The notes beneath the pieces are model-generated. The model worked only from the letters and a program-made list of their open reading frames with translations, had not been told where the DNA came from and searched no databases. A stretch of DNA of 64,000 nt from Mobula hypostoma (Eukaryota): the NCBI RefSeq assembly GCF_963921235.1, contig NC_086097.1, positions 109,184,001 to 109,248,000 on the forward strand, read 5' to 3'. The translations under genes and the position numbers were made by a program. Of the stretch, positions 61,695-64,000 are shown in pieces (the stretch's first letter is position 1; every line of letters begins with the position of its first letter).

Positions 61695-62180
61695 GATTCT
61701 GGAGGAATTCAGCAGGTCAAGCAGCATCTGTGGAGGTAAAGGGGTTGTCTAACTTTGCATCAGGACAGAGGGTGCAGCAGGGGCGAGTGGAGTCAGTTGA
61801 GGAGGGTTCTGATGGGTAAATGAAGGGGGGAAGCAGTGGACTTAGGAGACAATTATGGGTGGATGATTTTTTAAGAGATAGATAAAGGGAGAGAGAAATA
61901 GGAGTACGTAAACTATATAGAGAAGAGTGAATGGAGGTTGGAGATAGAGACAGAGCCTAGAAAAGTAAAAAGTGGAGATGCGGCACAGGAGGCTGCAGCT
62001 AATGGAATCTGATAAGGGAGGAACTAGATGAAGGAAAGAGATGAATAGATGGAATGAGTTTGGCAAGGAAACAAGAGAACTAGTAGATGAGGTGAGTCAT
62101 TGATAGGTGGACGGAACCAGGTAGGGAATGGGAACAAAACTGGTTGTTGGGTTGGGGAGAGGTTGAGAGAACCTAGGTAG
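61695..62180 (-). mobile_element. Penelope-like 3' UTR relic
   Basis: CTGGAGGAATTCAGCAGGTCAAGCAGCATCTGTGGAG...GCATCAGGAC and GGAATCTGATAAGGGAGG are shared with the other PLE relics. Confidence 0.6.
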
Positions 62181-62182
62181 AT

Positions 62183-63050
62183 CCATAAGATATGGGAGCA
62201 GAATTCAGCCATTCAGTCTATTGAGTCTGCTCTGCCATTCAATCATGGCTGATTTATTATGCCTGTCAACCATATTCTCCTGCCTTCTCCCTGGAACTTT
62301 TACCCTGATTAATCAAGAACCCATCACACTCTACCTTAAATATATCCATGCTCTCTGCTAAAGAAATTCCTCCTCATCTCTATTCTAAAGGGACACCCTT
62401 GTACTCTGAGGGTCTTCCCTCTGGACCTAGAATCTCTCACTATATTACACAATGTAGGCCTTTCAATATTCGATAGATTTCAATGAGATTTTCCCCTCAT
62501 TCTTCTAATCTCCAGCGAGGACAAGCCTACAGCCATCAAATGCTCCTAATCATTTCCCTTTCATTCCTGGGGTCATTTTCAATAATCTCCTCTTGACCAT
62601 CTCCAATGCCAGCCCATCCTTTCTTAGATAAGGGGCTCAAAGCTGCTCACAATCCTCTCTGCAGTTGGACCAAAAGTTTATAAAGCATCAGCATTATTTT
62701 CTTGCATTTATATTCTAGTCCTCGTGAAATGAATGAGAATGTTGAATTTGCCTTCCTCACCACAGACTCAGCCTGGAAGTTAACCTTCAGGGAATCCTGC
62801 ATGAGGACTTCCAAGTCCCCTTGCACCTCTGATTTCTGAATTTGCTCTCCTTTCAGAAAACAGCATATGTCCTAGCTTCTTAAGTTCTCTCTTCATGACC
62901 TCCTCACTTTTCATACCCATATCATGTACACCAATATGTACCAAGACTTCTAGCTGCTCACTCTCCCCCTTTAAAATGTTGTGGACCCAGTCTGAGAAGT
63001 CCCCGACCATGGCACCTGGAGGCAACATACCATCCAGGTGTCTCTATCAG
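62183..63050 (-). mobile_element. CR1 3' fragment joined to a CR1 ORF1 fragment
   Basis: CR1 3' UTR at 62183; PPGAMVGDFSDWVHNILKGESEQLEVLVHIG (ORF1 esterase) at 62870-63030. Confidence 0.75.
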
Positions 63051-63329
63051 AGGCAAACCCCTCCCCAGTTGTGAACATTCACATGGAGTGTTGCTACAAG
63101 AAAGCAATATATATCATCAAGGACCTTACCATCTAGGTCATGCTCCATTTTTGCTAATACCATTGGGTAAGAGCTACAGGACCTTAGGTCCTACACCACC
63201 AGGTGCGGGAATAGTTATTACCCTTTAACCATCAAGCTCCCGAACTGGCAGTTCCAAAGCTGCAAATTGCTTGGAGAGTAAATCACTCAGTCAACGATGC
63301 AGTTAACTTGTGCTTTTATTACATTCTTC

Positions 63330-63610
63330 AGCATGTGGACTTCTGCAACACCTATGTGAGGATCTTCTTTGCGGACTTCTTCTCTGCATTACACACTATT
63401 GTTCCAGAGTAGCTTCACAGCAAGCAAACACAGCTAGTTGTACACGACGGTGTCTGTCAGTGGATTACGCACTTCCTGACAGGAAGGAAGCAGTATGCAA
63501 GGCTGGGTTCCTACTTGTCCGATCCAATGTCTACAAACACAGAATCTCCCCAGGGCTGTGTTCTTTCACTCTTCCTATTCGTCCTTTATACAAATGGCTG
63601 CACCTCCACA
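63330..63610 (+). mobile_element. Old Rex1/L2-type RT fragment
   Basis: VCQWITHFLTGRKQYARLG...NTESPQGCVLSLFLFVLYTN. Confidence 0.7.
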
Positions 63611-63622
63611 GACAAATCTAAG

Positions 63623-63810
63623 TGTAACCCCCTGGGAAAGGTTTCATTGTTACTGTAATGGTTTTTCTGTAGCAGCAGTGTTTGGGTTGTGAATAGCGAT
63701 AACAGGGGCTTTGGAATGTGCGCTGTCCAACGAACGGAGTGTTTTTTCTTGTTGTGTGCCTGAGAACGAGGTGATTTGGTGCTTTTGTTCAGTGGAAGAT
63801 GAAGAGAGAA
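63623..63810. mobile_element. Possible LTR start
   Basis: Abrupt TGTAAC start interrupting the RT fragment; resemblance only, and the end is not defined. Confidence 0.3.
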
Positions 63811-64000
63811 GATGCCTGAAAGGAGAGCTCCCCATAATCCTTCATGGGTGCATTAGCGAGGACTATGCAAACTGGATCAGGCATTTGTTGCATAAAGAGT
63901 TCTTTAGAAATGAAACAGAGAGGGTGACTGGCCAGTAGAGAGCAAGTAGTCCATTAGTTTTGAAGCCCTAGCATCACCCAGGCCAGGCAAGGAGAACAAC

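Overview
Vertebrate genomic DNA, almost certainly cartilaginous fish (ray/shark-type CR1/HER1 LINEs with HE1-like V-SINEs; inferred from the repeat repertoire). Most of the window is nested retrotransposon sequence. CR1 LINEs dominate: three near-identical young copies, one full length at 18835-23327 with an intact zinc-finger/SGNH-esterase ORF1. Also present are Rex1/Babar-like and RTE LINEs, Penelope-like elements (GIY-YIG remnants and many 3' ends carrying minimal hammerhead ribozyme motifs), tRNA-derived SINEs, two Tc1/mariner derivatives and a ~1 kb G-rich minisatellite. No host protein-coding gene could be identified; low-repeat islands lie at about 26.8-27.7, 31.8-32.7, 38.3-39.7 and 41.7-47.4 kb. 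Strongest leads: (1) a correctly phased U_UUA_AAC slippery heptamer directly before the ORF1 stop in three different CR1 subfamilies, with ORF2 in the -1 frame in two relic copies, suggesting programmed -1 frameshifting; (2) intact and decayed Penelope hammerhead ribozymes, including a 138-bp ribozyme-bearing mobile unit; (3) Penelope 5' inversions; (4) a bipartite RTE-derived element with a fixed, structured 5' end; (5) an unexplained 54-bp duplicated motif and a ~100-bp hairpin in unique DNA. Boundaries of old repeats are approximate.
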